Assembly (NCBI GenBank): GCA_963767005.1
Contig: CAVYCN010000004.1
Coordinates: forward strand, 224,001 to 288,000
Origin: an uncultured Actinomycetes bacterium
GTDB lineage: Bacteria > Actinomycetota > Thermoleophilia > UBA2241
Reading direction: 5' to 3'
DNA: 64,000 nt
In this document: in pieces, positions 19,704 through 28,784 of the stretch
Position numbering within the stretch: position 1 is the stretch's first letter
Layout of the letters: each line of letters opens with the position of its first letter
Made by a program: the position numbers and the translations under genes
The notes under the pieces: model-generated
The model's database searches: none
Seen by the model: only the letters and a program-made list of their open reading frames with translations
Told to the model about the DNA's origin: nothing

Positions 19704-20950
19704 GACGGATCCTCCTCGGCAGCTGATGACGATGGCGCATCCGGCTTCTCGTCGGGTGTGCCGGCACGGTCGTTCTGCGGCGACTCCTGCGGCGTCGCGC
19801 CGCCGGCGAGATCCTCCGGCGCGGCCGCCGGAGGCTGCGCCGGCGGCCCGTAGCCCCCCGGCCACTGCGGCCACTGTCCCGCCCAGGGATCGCCCTGCCA
19901 AGGCTGGGCCGGCCACTGTTGCGGTGGTCGCTGGTCGGGCGCCGGGGCCTGGCCCGGGTAGGCCGGCTGGCCCGGATAGGCGCCCTGGCCCGGATAGGCG
20001 CCCTGGCCCGGATAGGCGCCCTGGCCCGGATAGGGCGAAGGCCAGGTCGGCGCCGGCGGCGGCCAGTCGTAGGGCGACGGCGCGTGGGCCGGCGGCGGCC
20101 AGTCGTAGGGCGACGGTTGCCTGGCGGGCCATTGCGTGGCGGTCCCGGCGGCCATGTCCGGCGCCGGCGCCACGTCGGCGTCGGCCGGGCCGGCGGACCG
20201 GCTCCCCCCGGCGGGCGGGGCGCCGGCGGCTGCGAGCGTCGCGGCCTGGGGCGAGGTGTCGCGCTGGAGGAGCCCGGTGGCCACAGCCCGCCACATGGCG
20301 GCGAGGCCGTTGAACGCGTGGAACGAGACGAAGAGGAGCAGGACCCCGAGGGGCACGAGGAGGAGCGCCTGCCAGAGGCGATCGATGGTCCACACGCCGA
20401 AGTCCAAGCCGTGGTGGACGACCCCATGAGCTCCGGTCCAGCTTGCGAAGCGGTAGTAGAACGGCGCTCCCATCAGCGCGAGCGACGTCGCCCCCAGCGT
20501 CACCACGACCACGAACGACAGGACGCCGAGCGGGAACTTGACGAACAGGAAGGCGAGGTCCTTCCAGGTCGTGGCCGCGCTGAAGTGGGCCTTCAGACGC
20601 GGCAGCGTCCCCTCGACCGCGCGCCAGGGCCGCGGCGACGGCCCCAGCTTGGTCCCCAGGAGATTGTCCGCCAGCGAGCGCTCGAACGAGGCGAAGGCCC
20701 ACCAGCCGGCGGCGGTCAGGGCCAGCACGAAGAGGCCCACCCAGACGATCACGAGACCGATGCCCACGCTCAGGCACACCACGAGAAAGACGAAGTAGAA
20801 CAGGCCGAGCGGGAACGCGAGCGCCAGGTAGACGAGGTTGAGCCAGCTCTGCCGGCGGGCGACGACCCCGAAGAAGCCGGTCCGCGGCGGCCGCGGCGTG
20901 TGCTCCGCCGGCGTCGCCTCGTGCGTCGTGCTGTCGTCGCTCTCCGTCAC
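19700..20950 (-). CDS. Stand-alone 'Sensor' domain membrane protein with Pro/Tyr/Trp-rich tail
   Basis: WLNLVYLALAFPLGLFYF...ERSLA...TWKDLAFLFVKFPLG. Confidence 0.8.
   Translation of the reverse strand: MTESDDSTTHEATPAEHTPRPPRTGFFGVVARRQSWLNLVYLALAFPLGLFYFVFLVVCLSVGIGLVIVWVGLFVLALTAAGWWAFASFERSLADNLLGTKLGPSPRPWRAVEGTLPRLKAHFSAATTWKDLAFLFVKFPLGVLSFVVVVTLGATSLALMGAPFYYRFASWTGAHGVVHHGLDFGVWTIDRLWQALLLVPLGVLLLFVSFHAFNGLAAMWRAVATGLLQRDTSPQAATLAAAGAPPAGGSRSAGPADADVAPAPDMAAGTATQWPARQPSPYDWPPPAHAPSPYDWPPPAPTWPSPYPGQGAYPGQGAYPGQGAYPGQPAYPGQAPAPDQRPPQQWPAQPWQGDPWAGQWPQWPGGYGPPAQPPAAAPEDLAGGATPQESPQNDRAGTPDEKPDAPSSSAAEEDPS
19949..20034 (-). repeat. Coding 18-bp tandem repeat (YPGQGA)n
   Basis: ctggcccggataggcgcc about 3.8 times plus one degenerate unit. 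Confidence 0.9.
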
Positions 20951-21128
20951 CGTCCGTCCGTCCCGACCGCCGTGCCTTCCGCGGCTGTGGCCGCAACCCT
21001 ACTCGTCTTCTCAGGTACGGTCGTCGCCCCGCGGGGGGAATCTGCCGTCAACTGCGGGGGGACACGCCCGTCGCCTCGCTTCCGGCTCGAGTTGCCGCCC
21101 GGCCCGCCGCCCGGCCCGCCGCGCGCCG

Positions 21129-22004
21129 TCACAGCATGCCCTCGTCGGCGCGCCTGTCCCGGCTCTCCAGCCGCTTGATGGCGTCGAGCACGCCGTCGCG
21201 GCTCATGTGGTCGCGGTCGTGCACGATCTCGCCGTCGCCGAGGAACACCACCCGATCGGCGATCGCCGCTGCGCCGGGGTCGTGCGTGACCATGACCACG
21301 GTCTGGCCGAACTCGTCGACCGAGCGCCGCAGCAGAGCCAGCATCTCGCCGCCGCTGGCTGAGTCGAGGTTCCCGGTCGGCTCGTCGGCGAACAGCACCG
21401 CCGGACGCGTGAGCACAGCCCGCGCCACCGCGACACGCTGCTGCTGCCCGCCCGAGAGCTCGGCCGGACGATGCTCGAGCCGTCCGGCCAGGCCGATGCG
21501 CTCGACGAGCGCGGCCAGAAAACCGCGGTCGGGCCGGCGGCCGCCGATGTCGAGCGGCAGGGTGAGGTTCTCGGCGGCGGTGAGCATGGGCAGCAGGTTG
21601 AAGGACTGGAAGACGAAGCCGATCTTGTCACGGCGCAACCTGGTGAGCTGGCGCTCCTTCAGGCTGGTGATCTCGACGCCGTCGATCCACACGGAGCCGG
21701 CGCTCGGTGCGTCGAGGCCCGCCAGGAGGTGCAGGAGGGTCGACTTGCCGGAGCTCGACGGGCCCATGATCGCCGTGAGCGCGCCGCGCTCGAGCTCGAC
21801 CGTCACGCCGCGCAAGGCGTCGACGGCCGCGGCGCCCGTGCCGAAGCGGCGCGTCAGCGCGGTCGCCCGCACGACGGCGTCGCGCACGTGACGCGGGCGC
21901 GGCTTGGGCAGCCGGCCGGTGGCGATCGCAAGGGCGCGGTCGACGTCCTCGATCGTGAACGGCAGATCGGGCGCCGTCCGCGCCCCCTGGCCGGCCGTGT
22001 CCAT
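21129..22004 (-). CDS. ABC transporter ATP-binding protein (LolD/MacB family)
   Basis: GPSSSGKST, IGFVFQSFNL, LSGGQQQR, ADEPTGNLD. Confidence 0.93.
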   Translation of the reverse strand: MDTAGQGARTAPDLPFTIEDVDRALAIATGRLPKPRPRHVRDAVVRATALTRRFGTGAAAVDALRGVTVELERGALTAIMGPSSSGKSTLLHLLAGLDAPSAGSVWIDGVEITSLKERQLTRLRRDKIGFVFQSFNLLPMLTAAENLTLPLDIGGRRPDRGFLAALVERIGLAGRLEHRPAELSGGQQQRVAVARAVLTRPAVLFADEPTGNLDSASGGEMLALLRRSVDEFGQTVVMVTHDPGAAAIADRVVFLGDGEIVHDRDHMSRDGVLDAIKRLESRDRRADEGML

Positions 22005-22194
22005 GGCGTCCTCCTCGTCCGACGGCATCAAGGAGGACGGTAGCCGCGCGTCCGGCCACCGGCGTCCCGCCGCGGCGGGAACCGGGCGTCAACGCTGGGG
22101 GGAGCTTCGCGGCGCGAGCGTCTCCCCGGCGAGGGGTGGCGCTCACCCCGGCGGGGGCGGGGCTCCCTCGCACGAAGGAGCCCCGCCCCGCCGA

Positions 22195-22872
22195 TCAGGG
22201 CCCCGCCGGGGCGACGAGGCCGACGTCGTAGGCGAGGATGACGGCCTGGGTGCGGTCGCGCAGGTCGAGCTTGAAGAAGATGCGCTTGATGTGCGTCTTG
22301 ACCGTGCCCTCGCTCAGGAACAGCTTCTCCGCGATCTCGCGGTTGGAGAGGCCGTGAGCTATCAGGCCGAGCACCTCGCGCTCGCGGTCGGTGAGCTCGT
22401 CGAGCATCGCCGGCGACGGCCGGTCGCCGGCCGGCCGGCGCGCGAACTCGCCGATCAGCCGCTTGGTGACCGAGGGCGACAGCAACGCCTCGCCGGCCGC
22501 GACGACGCGTACACCGGCCACCAGGTCGGCCGCCGGCGTGCGCTTGAGCAAGAAGCCGCTCGCGCCGGCGCGCAGCGCCTCGTAGACGTACTCGTCGAGG
22601 TCGAACGTGGTGAGGACGAGCACCCGCGACGAGTCGTCGCGGCCGAGGGCCACGATCGCACGGGTCGCGTCGAGCCCGTTCATGCCGGGCATCTGGATGT
22701 CCATGAGCACGACGTCGGGGTCGAGCCGCCCTACGAGCTCGACCGCCGTCGCGCCGTCCCCGGCCTCGGCCACGACGTCGAGATCGTCCTCGCTCTCGAG
22801 GATCATGCGCAAACCCTGCCGTACCATCTGTTCGTCGTCGACCAGCACGATGCGGATCGTCCCCTCAGCCAT
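22195..22872 (-). CDS. NarL-family response regulator
   Basis: VLVDD, MDIQMP, GFLLK, LuxR HTH LTDREREVL...TVKTH. Confidence 0.96.
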   Translation of the reverse strand: MAEGTIRIVLVDDEQMVRQGLRMILESEDDLDVVAEAGDGATAVELVGRLDPDVVLMDIQMPGMNGLDATRAIVALGRDDSSRVLVLTTFDLDEYVYEALRAGASGFLLKRTPAADLVAGVRVVAAGEALLSPSVTKRLIGEFARRPAGDRPSPAMLDELTDREREVLGLIAHGLSNREIAEKLFLSEGTVKTHIKRIFFKLDLRDRTQAVILAYDVGLVAPAGP

Positions 22873-24184
22873 CGCTACCCCCCGTGGTCGCCAGGCCGTC
22901 GAGCGGCCGGGCACCGCCTTGTACGTTTCCCGCGCCCTCGAGCGGCAGGCGCGCCCGCACGCGAAAGCCGCCCGCCGGCAGCGGCCCGACCTCGAGCTCG
23001 CCGCCGAAGAGGGCGACCCGCTCGCGCATGCCGAGCAGACCGCGCCCGCCGCTCAGGCGCCGGTTGAACTGTCCCGCCGCCGGCCGGCCGCCGCCGTCGT
23101 CCGAGCACTCGATGTCGAACCAGCCGCCCGCGCAGCGCAGCCGGACGCTGGCGCGCGCCCCCTGTCCCGCGTGCTTGAGCGTGTTGGTGAGCGCCTCCTG
23201 CACGATCCGGTAGCCCGACCGGTCGAGACTCGACGGCAGGACCGTGTGGCCGCAGGCGCTGTCGAGGTCGACGGCGATGCCGGCCTCGCGCACCTGGGCG
23301 ACGAGGGCGGGCACGTCGGCCATGCCGGGCAGCGTGCCGAGGTCCTCGCGGTCGCCAGCCTCGGCCCGCAGGATGCCGAGCAGGCGTTCGATATCGGTGA
23401 GCGCCTGCCGGCCGGTCGCCTCGATCGCGCCCAGCGCCTCGCGCGCCGTGTCCGGCCGCTTGTCGAAGACGCGTTGCGCGGCGCCGGCCTGCAGGACGAC
23501 GACGTTCAGCGCGTGGCCGACCACGTCGTGCAGCTCGCGGGCAAGGCGGCCGCGCTCGAGGGTGACCGCCTCCTGGGCGCGCATCTCGAGGTCGTGCAGG
23601 TAGAGCTCGGCGCGCTCGCGCTCGGCGTGCGCGCTCTCGCGCGCCTCGCGCACCGTCTCGCGGTAGCCGCGCAGGACGACGCCGCCCAGCCAGACCGCCG
23701 AGAACACGAACCAGGCGGCGACCGCGACCCACACAGAGGCCGTGCCGCGCTCGTAGAGGAGCGCGAAGATCACGATCAGCGTGGCCGAGGCGAGCAGCCC
23801 GGCCCAGAGGCTGCGCCAGATGTCGCTCTGGGAGGCGACGAAGAACAGGGCGACGGCGCCGCAGACGTAGCCCGGGTCGAGCGCGGGCTGGTCGAAGACG
23901 GCGCAGAGGATCGCGGCGACGGCCACGACCGCGAACACGACGCGCGGGTAGTGGCGCACGGCGGAGAGCGGCAGCGTCATGGCGAGCAGCAGGACGGCCC
24001 CGACGGCGTTCAGCGGGTTGAACGACGACGACAGGCGCGGGACGGCCAGGACGAACACGAAGCCGGCCACGCACAGCGAGAAGGCAAGCGCGGCGTCCCA
24101 GACCTGGGCGTCGATGCCGCGCACGGCCCTGAGGAGAACCCCCTGGGCCTCGGGCGGAGTCTGTGGCGGCGCCGATGCGCCCAT
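22865..24184 (-). CDS. HisKA_3 sensor histidine kinase
   Basis: TM region, ARELHDVVGH, YRIVQEALTN, GLLGMRERV. Confidence 0.95.
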   Translation of the reverse strand: MGASAPPQTPPEAQGVLLRAVRGIDAQVWDAALAFSLCVAGFVFVLAVPRLSSSFNPLNAVGAVLLLAMTLPLSAVRHYPRVVFAVVAVAAILCAVFDQPALDPGYVCGAVALFFVASQSDIWRSLWAGLLASATLIVIFALLYERGTASVWVAVAAWFVFSAVWLGGVVLRGYRETVREARESAHAERERAELYLHDLEMRAQEAVTLERGRLARELHDVVGHALNVVVLQAGAAQRVFDKRPDTAREALGAIEATGRQALTDIERLLGILRAEAGDREDLGTLPGMADVPALVAQVREAGIAVDLDSACGHTVLPSSLDRSGYRIVQEALTNTLKHAGQGARASVRLRCAGGWFDIECSDDGGGRPAAGQFNRRLSGGRGLLGMRERVALFGGELEVGPLPAGGFRVRARLPLEGAGNVQGGARPLDGLATTGGSDG

Positions 24185-24496
24185 GTCGCCTCCCTGGACG
24201 GACCGCAGCAATTGTAGAGGAGGCCGCCGCCACGCGGCGAATGCTACGCGCGACGGATGCGCATACCCACTGGCTCGTGGACGGGATCTGACCCCCCTCA
24301 TCACCGTCCTGGCCGAGGCGGTCCCCCCCACCTCGGCCGGCCATCCGTCGATGTCGAGTGGGCGGGGCGGTGGCCAGGCCGCCGCCCCGCCGTCGACCCC
24401 GCCGCGTCTGTGCCGCTAAGATGGCGTCATGATCGCCGCCCGCCCGCCCGCCCGCCCGCCGTCCATGACCGCCCTCCGTCCGGCGCTCGCCGGCTC

Positions 24497-25108
24497 ATGA
24501 TCGTGCGCACGCCAGGCCTGAGCGCCCGCACCATCAGGCTCCTCGACGTCGCGGTGGCGGCCTGGGCGGTCTTCTGGGTCGTGGTCGGCGTGCTGGCCGC
24601 CGTCGAGGTGAGCCACCTCGGCACCCTGGCCGACACCGTAGCGCGCACCGCCGACAGCCTGCGCAACACGGTCCAGGCTCTCGCCGGTCTGTCGCATGTG
24701 CCGCTGGTCGGCGCCTCGCTCGGCGCGGTCGTGGGCAAGGTGAGCGCCTCGGCCGCGGCGGCCCACGCCCAGGCCGCGGCCGCCCATACGACGATCGGCC
24801 ACCTGAGCCTGCTCGTCGGCGTCGCCCTCGCGGCCGGCCAGGCGACGCTCGCCCTCCTGCTCTACCTGCCGCTCCGTCTGCCGTGGCGGCGCGACGTGAG
24901 CGAGGTGCGGCGCGCCCTCGCTAGCGACCCCGACGACCCCGTGCTCGGGCTGTACCTGGCGCGCCGAGCGCTCGCCGGCATGAGCCTTGCACAGACGCAC
25001 GCGATGGGCGGCGACCCGTGGCGCGCGATCGCGGCCGGCGACGTGTGGCCGCTGGCCGAAGTCGAGCTGCGTCGCCTCGGCCTGCGACGGCGGTCGCGGC
25101 GGCGGTAG
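24497..25108 (+). CDS. Hypothetical two-TM membrane protein
   Basis: Two hydrophobic helices; C-terminal LAEVELRRLGL. Confidence 0.65.
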   Translation: MIVRTPGLSARTIRLLDVAVAAWAVFWVVVGVLAAVEVSHLGTLADTVARTADSLRNTVQALAGLSHVPLVGASLGAVVGKVSASAAAAHAQAAAAHTTIGHLSLLVGVALAAGQATLALLLYLPLRLPWRRDVSEVRRALASDPDDPVLGLYLARRALAGMSLAQTHAMGGDPWRAIAAGDVWPLAEVELRRLGLRRRSRRR

Positions 25109-25398
25109 GAGCCGGCGCCGAGAAGGCAAACGACGGCAGGTACAGCCAGACCAGGCCGACGACGATCACAACGGCGGCGAGGCAGGCCCCGCGGGCGAGC
25201 TTCCTCATGGCTCCCCTCCAAAACGAGCACGACGGACCTCAGAATATCGCGCCCCCCCTGCCCGGCGCGACCCGGCGTGCCCCGCCGCGGCGGGACTGTG
25301 CGGCGCAGCACGCCGCCGCCCCCGACCCGCGCCGCGCCGACGCGGACGGTCTAGAATCGACGGATCGGAGTCGAGCGCCGGCGAGTGGAGGGGGCCAG

Positions 25399-26655
25399 GT
25401 GAGTGAGTCGGTCGACATCGCCATCGTGGGCGGGGGGATCATCGGCGTCTGCGCGGCCTACTGTCTGGCGGGCGCGGGGCGGTCTGTCGCGATCATCGAG
25501 CGCGAGGACATCTGCGCGCGCGGCGGCTCGACACACTCCAACGCCGGCCTGATCACGCCGAGCGACGTCTACCCGCTGGCTTCGCCCGGCGCGCTCGGCG
25601 ACGGCCTGCGCTGGCTGCTCGACAGCTCGAGCCCCTTCTACATCGCGCCCCGCGCCAGGCCGCGACTGGCGCGCTGGCTCTACCTGTTCGCACGCGCGAG
25701 CGCCGCCGAGCGCGCCCGGCGCGCCATGCCAGTGCAGCGCGCGCTGCTGCGCCTGAGCGCCGACCTGTGGTCGGAGATCGCGGCGACGCCGGGCGTCGAC
25801 TTCGGCTACGAACGGCGTGGCTGGCTGTGGACCTATCACAACGAGGCCTCGCTGCGGACCGGCGCGGCCGAGGCGGCCGAGGCGGCGGCCTACGGCGCGA
25901 CCTCCGAGGTATGGGACGCCGGCCGCGTGCGCGAGGCCGTGCCGGGAGTGGCGCCCGAGGTCTGCGGCGGCGTGTACTTCAGCGAGGACGCCCACTGCGA
26001 CCCGCGCCGGGCCGTCGAGGAGATCGCGCGCCTGGCGGCGGGGCGCGGCGTGGAGCTGCGCACCGGCGTCGAGGTGCTCGACGTGGAGGCGCGCGGGAGG
26101 CGCGTCTCGACGCTGCGCACGACGGCCGGTGAGCTCGCGGCCGACGTCGTGGTGCTGGCCGCCGGCTCGTGGTCGCCGGCGCTCGCCGGCCGCCTGGGGA
26201 TCGACCTGCCGATCGAGCCGGCCAAGGGCTACGGCCTGACGGTGGCCCGGCCGGCCGCCCTGCCGGAGCTGCCGATCTACGAGGTCGCAAGCCACGTGGC
26301 CATCACGCCCATGGGCGACGGGCTGCGCCTGGCCGGCACCCTCGAGCTCGCCGGCCTCGACATGCGCGTGCGCTGGAACCGCGTCGCGGCGATCAGGCGC
26401 GGCGCCGGGCGCGCGCTGCGCGGCGCCGCCGAGCTCGAGCCGCGCGCCGTGTGGCGCGGTCTGCGACCCTGCACGCCGGACGGGCTGCCGATCGTCGGCC
26501 GCAGCCCGCGCCACGACAACCTGATCGTAGCGGCCGGCCACTGCATGCTGGGACTCGGCGCCGGACCGGCGACCGGCGCGCTCGTGGCGGCCCTCGTCGA
26601 CGGCCGCGAGCCGCAGATCGACCTCGCGCCCCTGCGCGTCGACCGCTTCGCCTGA
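25399..26655 (+). CDS. FAD-dependent D-amino acid dehydrogenase family
   Basis: IVGGGIIG, SNAG, PAKGY, WRGLRPCTPDGLPIVG, GH.MLG. Confidence 0.92.
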   Translation: MSESVDIAIVGGGIIGVCAAYCLAGAGRSVAIIEREDICARGGSTHSNAGLITPSDVYPLASPGALGDGLRWLLDSSSPFYIAPRARPRLARWLYLFARASAAERARRAMPVQRALLRLSADLWSEIAATPGVDFGYERRGWLWTYHNEASLRTGAAEAAEAAAYGATSEVWDAGRVREAVPGVAPEVCGGVYFSEDAHCDPRRAVEEIARLAAGRGVELRTGVEVLDVEARGRRVSTLRTTAGELAADVVVLAAGSWSPALAGRLGIDLPIEPAKGYGLTVARPAALPELPIYEVASHVAITPMGDGLRLAGTLELAGLDMRVRWNRVAAIRRGAGRALRGAAELEPRAVWRGLRPCTPDGLPIVGRSPRHDNLIVAAGHCMLGLGAGPATGALVAALVDGREPQIDLAPLRVDRFA

Positions 26656-26768
26656 GCGGCTTCGCACCTCTCGCGGCGGGAGCGCCCCCGAGGGTGGTCG
26701 TAGCGGCGCACGCCGGGCGGCTATACAATAGGCGCCGCTCGAGCCAGCGACCTTCTGGAGGAGGGGCC

Positions 26769-28403
26769 ATGAAGGCCAAGCTCACCGTACTCGCCGTCGT
26801 GCTCACCGTGATCGCCGCGACGGCCGTCTTCGCCGCACCGGCCGGCGCCACCATGGTCACTGGGCGCTACGCGATCACCGCCGACAAGCCGGCCGAGGCG
26901 CAGCCCGACCTGTGCGGCGCCAACCTCGTGTGGCAGGTGCGCTCCGGCGGCGACTGGAACATCGCCTACGCGCCCAGCCCGACCTCGGCGGCGACCGTCA
27001 TCTGCTCCGACGCCGCCGACCAGATCCTGCCGCGCGTGAGCGTCGACGCCAACGGCCACGTCCTCGTCGTCTGGGAGGACCACCGCAACGGCAACGCCGA
27101 CATCTACGGCTACGACGTCACGAACCATCAGACGCTCGTGATCTGCAAGCAGGCGGCACAGCAGGTGGCGCCGCGCATCTCCGGCGACTGGGTCGTGTGG
27201 CAGGACGACCGCGACGGCAACTGGGACATCTACGGCGCCACGATCACCACGTCGGACACGCCCGACACCCCCGATACCGTGAGCGAGGCGCCGATCTGTA
27301 CCGAAGCCCACGACCAGATCGAGCCCGACGTGTCGGGCGACACGGTCGTGTGGGCCGACACGCGCTACGGCGACCACGACATCATGGGGTACAACCGGGT
27401 GGCCGACCAGACCTACGCCGTCTGCCTGAACGACGCCGTACAGGATCAGCCCGCCGTCTCGGGCGACACGGTGGTCTGGCGCGACTATCGCAATCAGGCG
27501 ACCGAGGGCGCTGACATCTACGGCTGCGACCTCGTGACCGGGCGTGAGTTCCCCGTCTGCACGGCGCCCGGCGACCAGGGCTCGCCGGCGATCGACCAGG
27601 ATCTCGTCGTCTGGGCCGACAGACGTTCTGCCACCTCGGGCCTCGACGTGCGCGCCTTCGACCTGGCGCTCCAGCAGGACGTGACGATCTGCAGCGCCGC
27701 CAAGTCGCAGTACCAGCCGACGGTGTCCGTCGACTCAGCCCGGCCCGCCGACCCCTACCAGGTGGCCTGGTGCGACCAGCGCACCGGCAGCGCCGAGCTG
27801 TGGGGAGCCGACCTCACACCGTGGACCCTGCGCCTGACGGTCGATGGCGGCAAGGCCTGGACACGCAGCCTGACCGCCCGCCTGCGCCTGTTCGCGCAGG
27901 GCAAGACCGGCATGATCACGCAGATGACGCTGGCCAACGTCTACCAGGGCGCGCCGACCGGCGTCGCCGAGCCCTACGCCACGGTCAAGTCGCCCTGGTA
28001 CCTGCTGCCCAAGGGGGACGGCCACAAGTGGGTCGGCGCGGTCTTCACCGACCTGAACGGCTACTCGTCACCGACGATCGAGCGCGAGATCACCCTCGAC
28101 ACCCACGGCCCGCAGTGCTACGTGCCGAAGGCGGTGACCGTGAAGCGCGCCGCGACCGCGTCGATCGGCGTGCGCGTCAAGGACAACCTCTCGCCGACCG
28201 TCGCCGCCGTCGTGCGCGTGTTGAACGCCCGGGGCGACGTCGTCAAGACCATACTGGCGCCCGCGCTCAGCAGGAACGCGCTGCACCACTTCACCTTCGT
28301 CTGCAACCTGGCCGCCGGCACGTACAAGGTGAGGGTCGTCGCGACCGACCTGGCCGGCAACAAGCAGTCGCTCGTGGGGTCCAACACCCTGACGGTGCAG
28401 TAG
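26769..28403 (+). CDS. Secreted beta-propeller repeat protein (methanogen surface-protein type) with C-terminal Ig-like domains
   Basis: Signal peptide; repeats such as VVWQDDRDGNWDIYG and C...Q..P.VSGD; C-terminal ATDLAGNKQ. Confidence 0.8.
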   Translation: MKAKLTVLAVVLTVIAATAVFAAPAGATMVTGRYAITADKPAEAQPDLCGANLVWQVRSGGDWNIAYAPSPTSAATVICSDAADQILPRVSVDANGHVLVVWEDHRNGNADIYGYDVTNHQTLVICKQAAQQVAPRISGDWVVWQDDRDGNWDIYGATITTSDTPDTPDTVSEAPICTEAHDQIEPDVSGDTVVWADTRYGDHDIMGYNRVADQTYAVCLNDAVQDQPAVSGDTVVWRDYRNQATEGADIYGCDLVTGREFPVCTAPGDQGSPAIDQDLVVWADRRSATSGLDVRAFDLALQQDVTICSAAKSQYQPTVSVDSARPADPYQVAWCDQRTGSAELWGADLTPWTLRLTVDGGKAWTRSLTARLRLFAQGKTGMITQMTLANVYQGAPTGVAEPYATVKSPWYLLPKGDGHKWVGAVFTDLNGYSSPTIEREITLDTHGPQCYVPKAVTVKRAATASIGVRVKDNLSPTVAAVVRVLNARGDVVKTILAPALSRNALHHFTFVCNLAAGTYKVRVVATDLAGNKQSLVGSNTLTVQ

Positions 28404-28647
28404 CCGGCGGGCGTACCGAGCCGCGATCGCCCTCTGGAACGGCGAAACGGCCGCCTTGCGGCGGCCGTCGCCTGTGGCGCCGGTCCGGCCAACCGGCGCG
28501 CACACCTTGGGGGTCCAAGGGCCCTCGCCGGTCGTGCGCCGTTTCTGGCGCCCGGCGCGGCGGGTCGGGCAAGCAGCGTGATGCCCCGAACGCGTCACCG
28601 CCACACCGTTGCCGGCCGGCGCGACGGGGCGGTCCGGCGTCACGACG

Positions 28648-28690
28648 AGAGCGGGGGCCGGCCTCGCAATGCGAGGCCGGCCCCCGCTCT
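28648..28690. terminator. Perfect 21-bp inverted repeat between convergent genes
   Basis: agagcgggggccggcctcgca-a-tgcgaggccggcccccgctct. Confidence 0.75.
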
Positions 28691-28752
28691 TTGAGCACTG
28701 CGCCGGTGGGCGCCGCCCGTCGCCGCACGCCGTCAGGCGACCGCGTCGCTGA

Positions 28753-28784
28753 CGCTCAGGTTGGCGTGACTTCGTCGCGCGCCT
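28753..28784. repeat. Dispersed hairpin repeat copy
   Basis: cgctcaggttggcgtgacttcgtcgcgcgcct. Confidence 0.7.

Noticed and set aside
19949-20116. Direct repeats as a CRISPR array
   Set aside because: Contiguous 18-bp units without spacers, in frame within a Pro-rich coding tail; no cas genes.
24921-25208. Minus-strand ORF with good RBS and signal-peptide-like start (MRKLARGACLAAVV...)
   Set aside because: After about 33 codons it overlaps the convergent gene and becomes shadow sequence; at most a truncated remnant.
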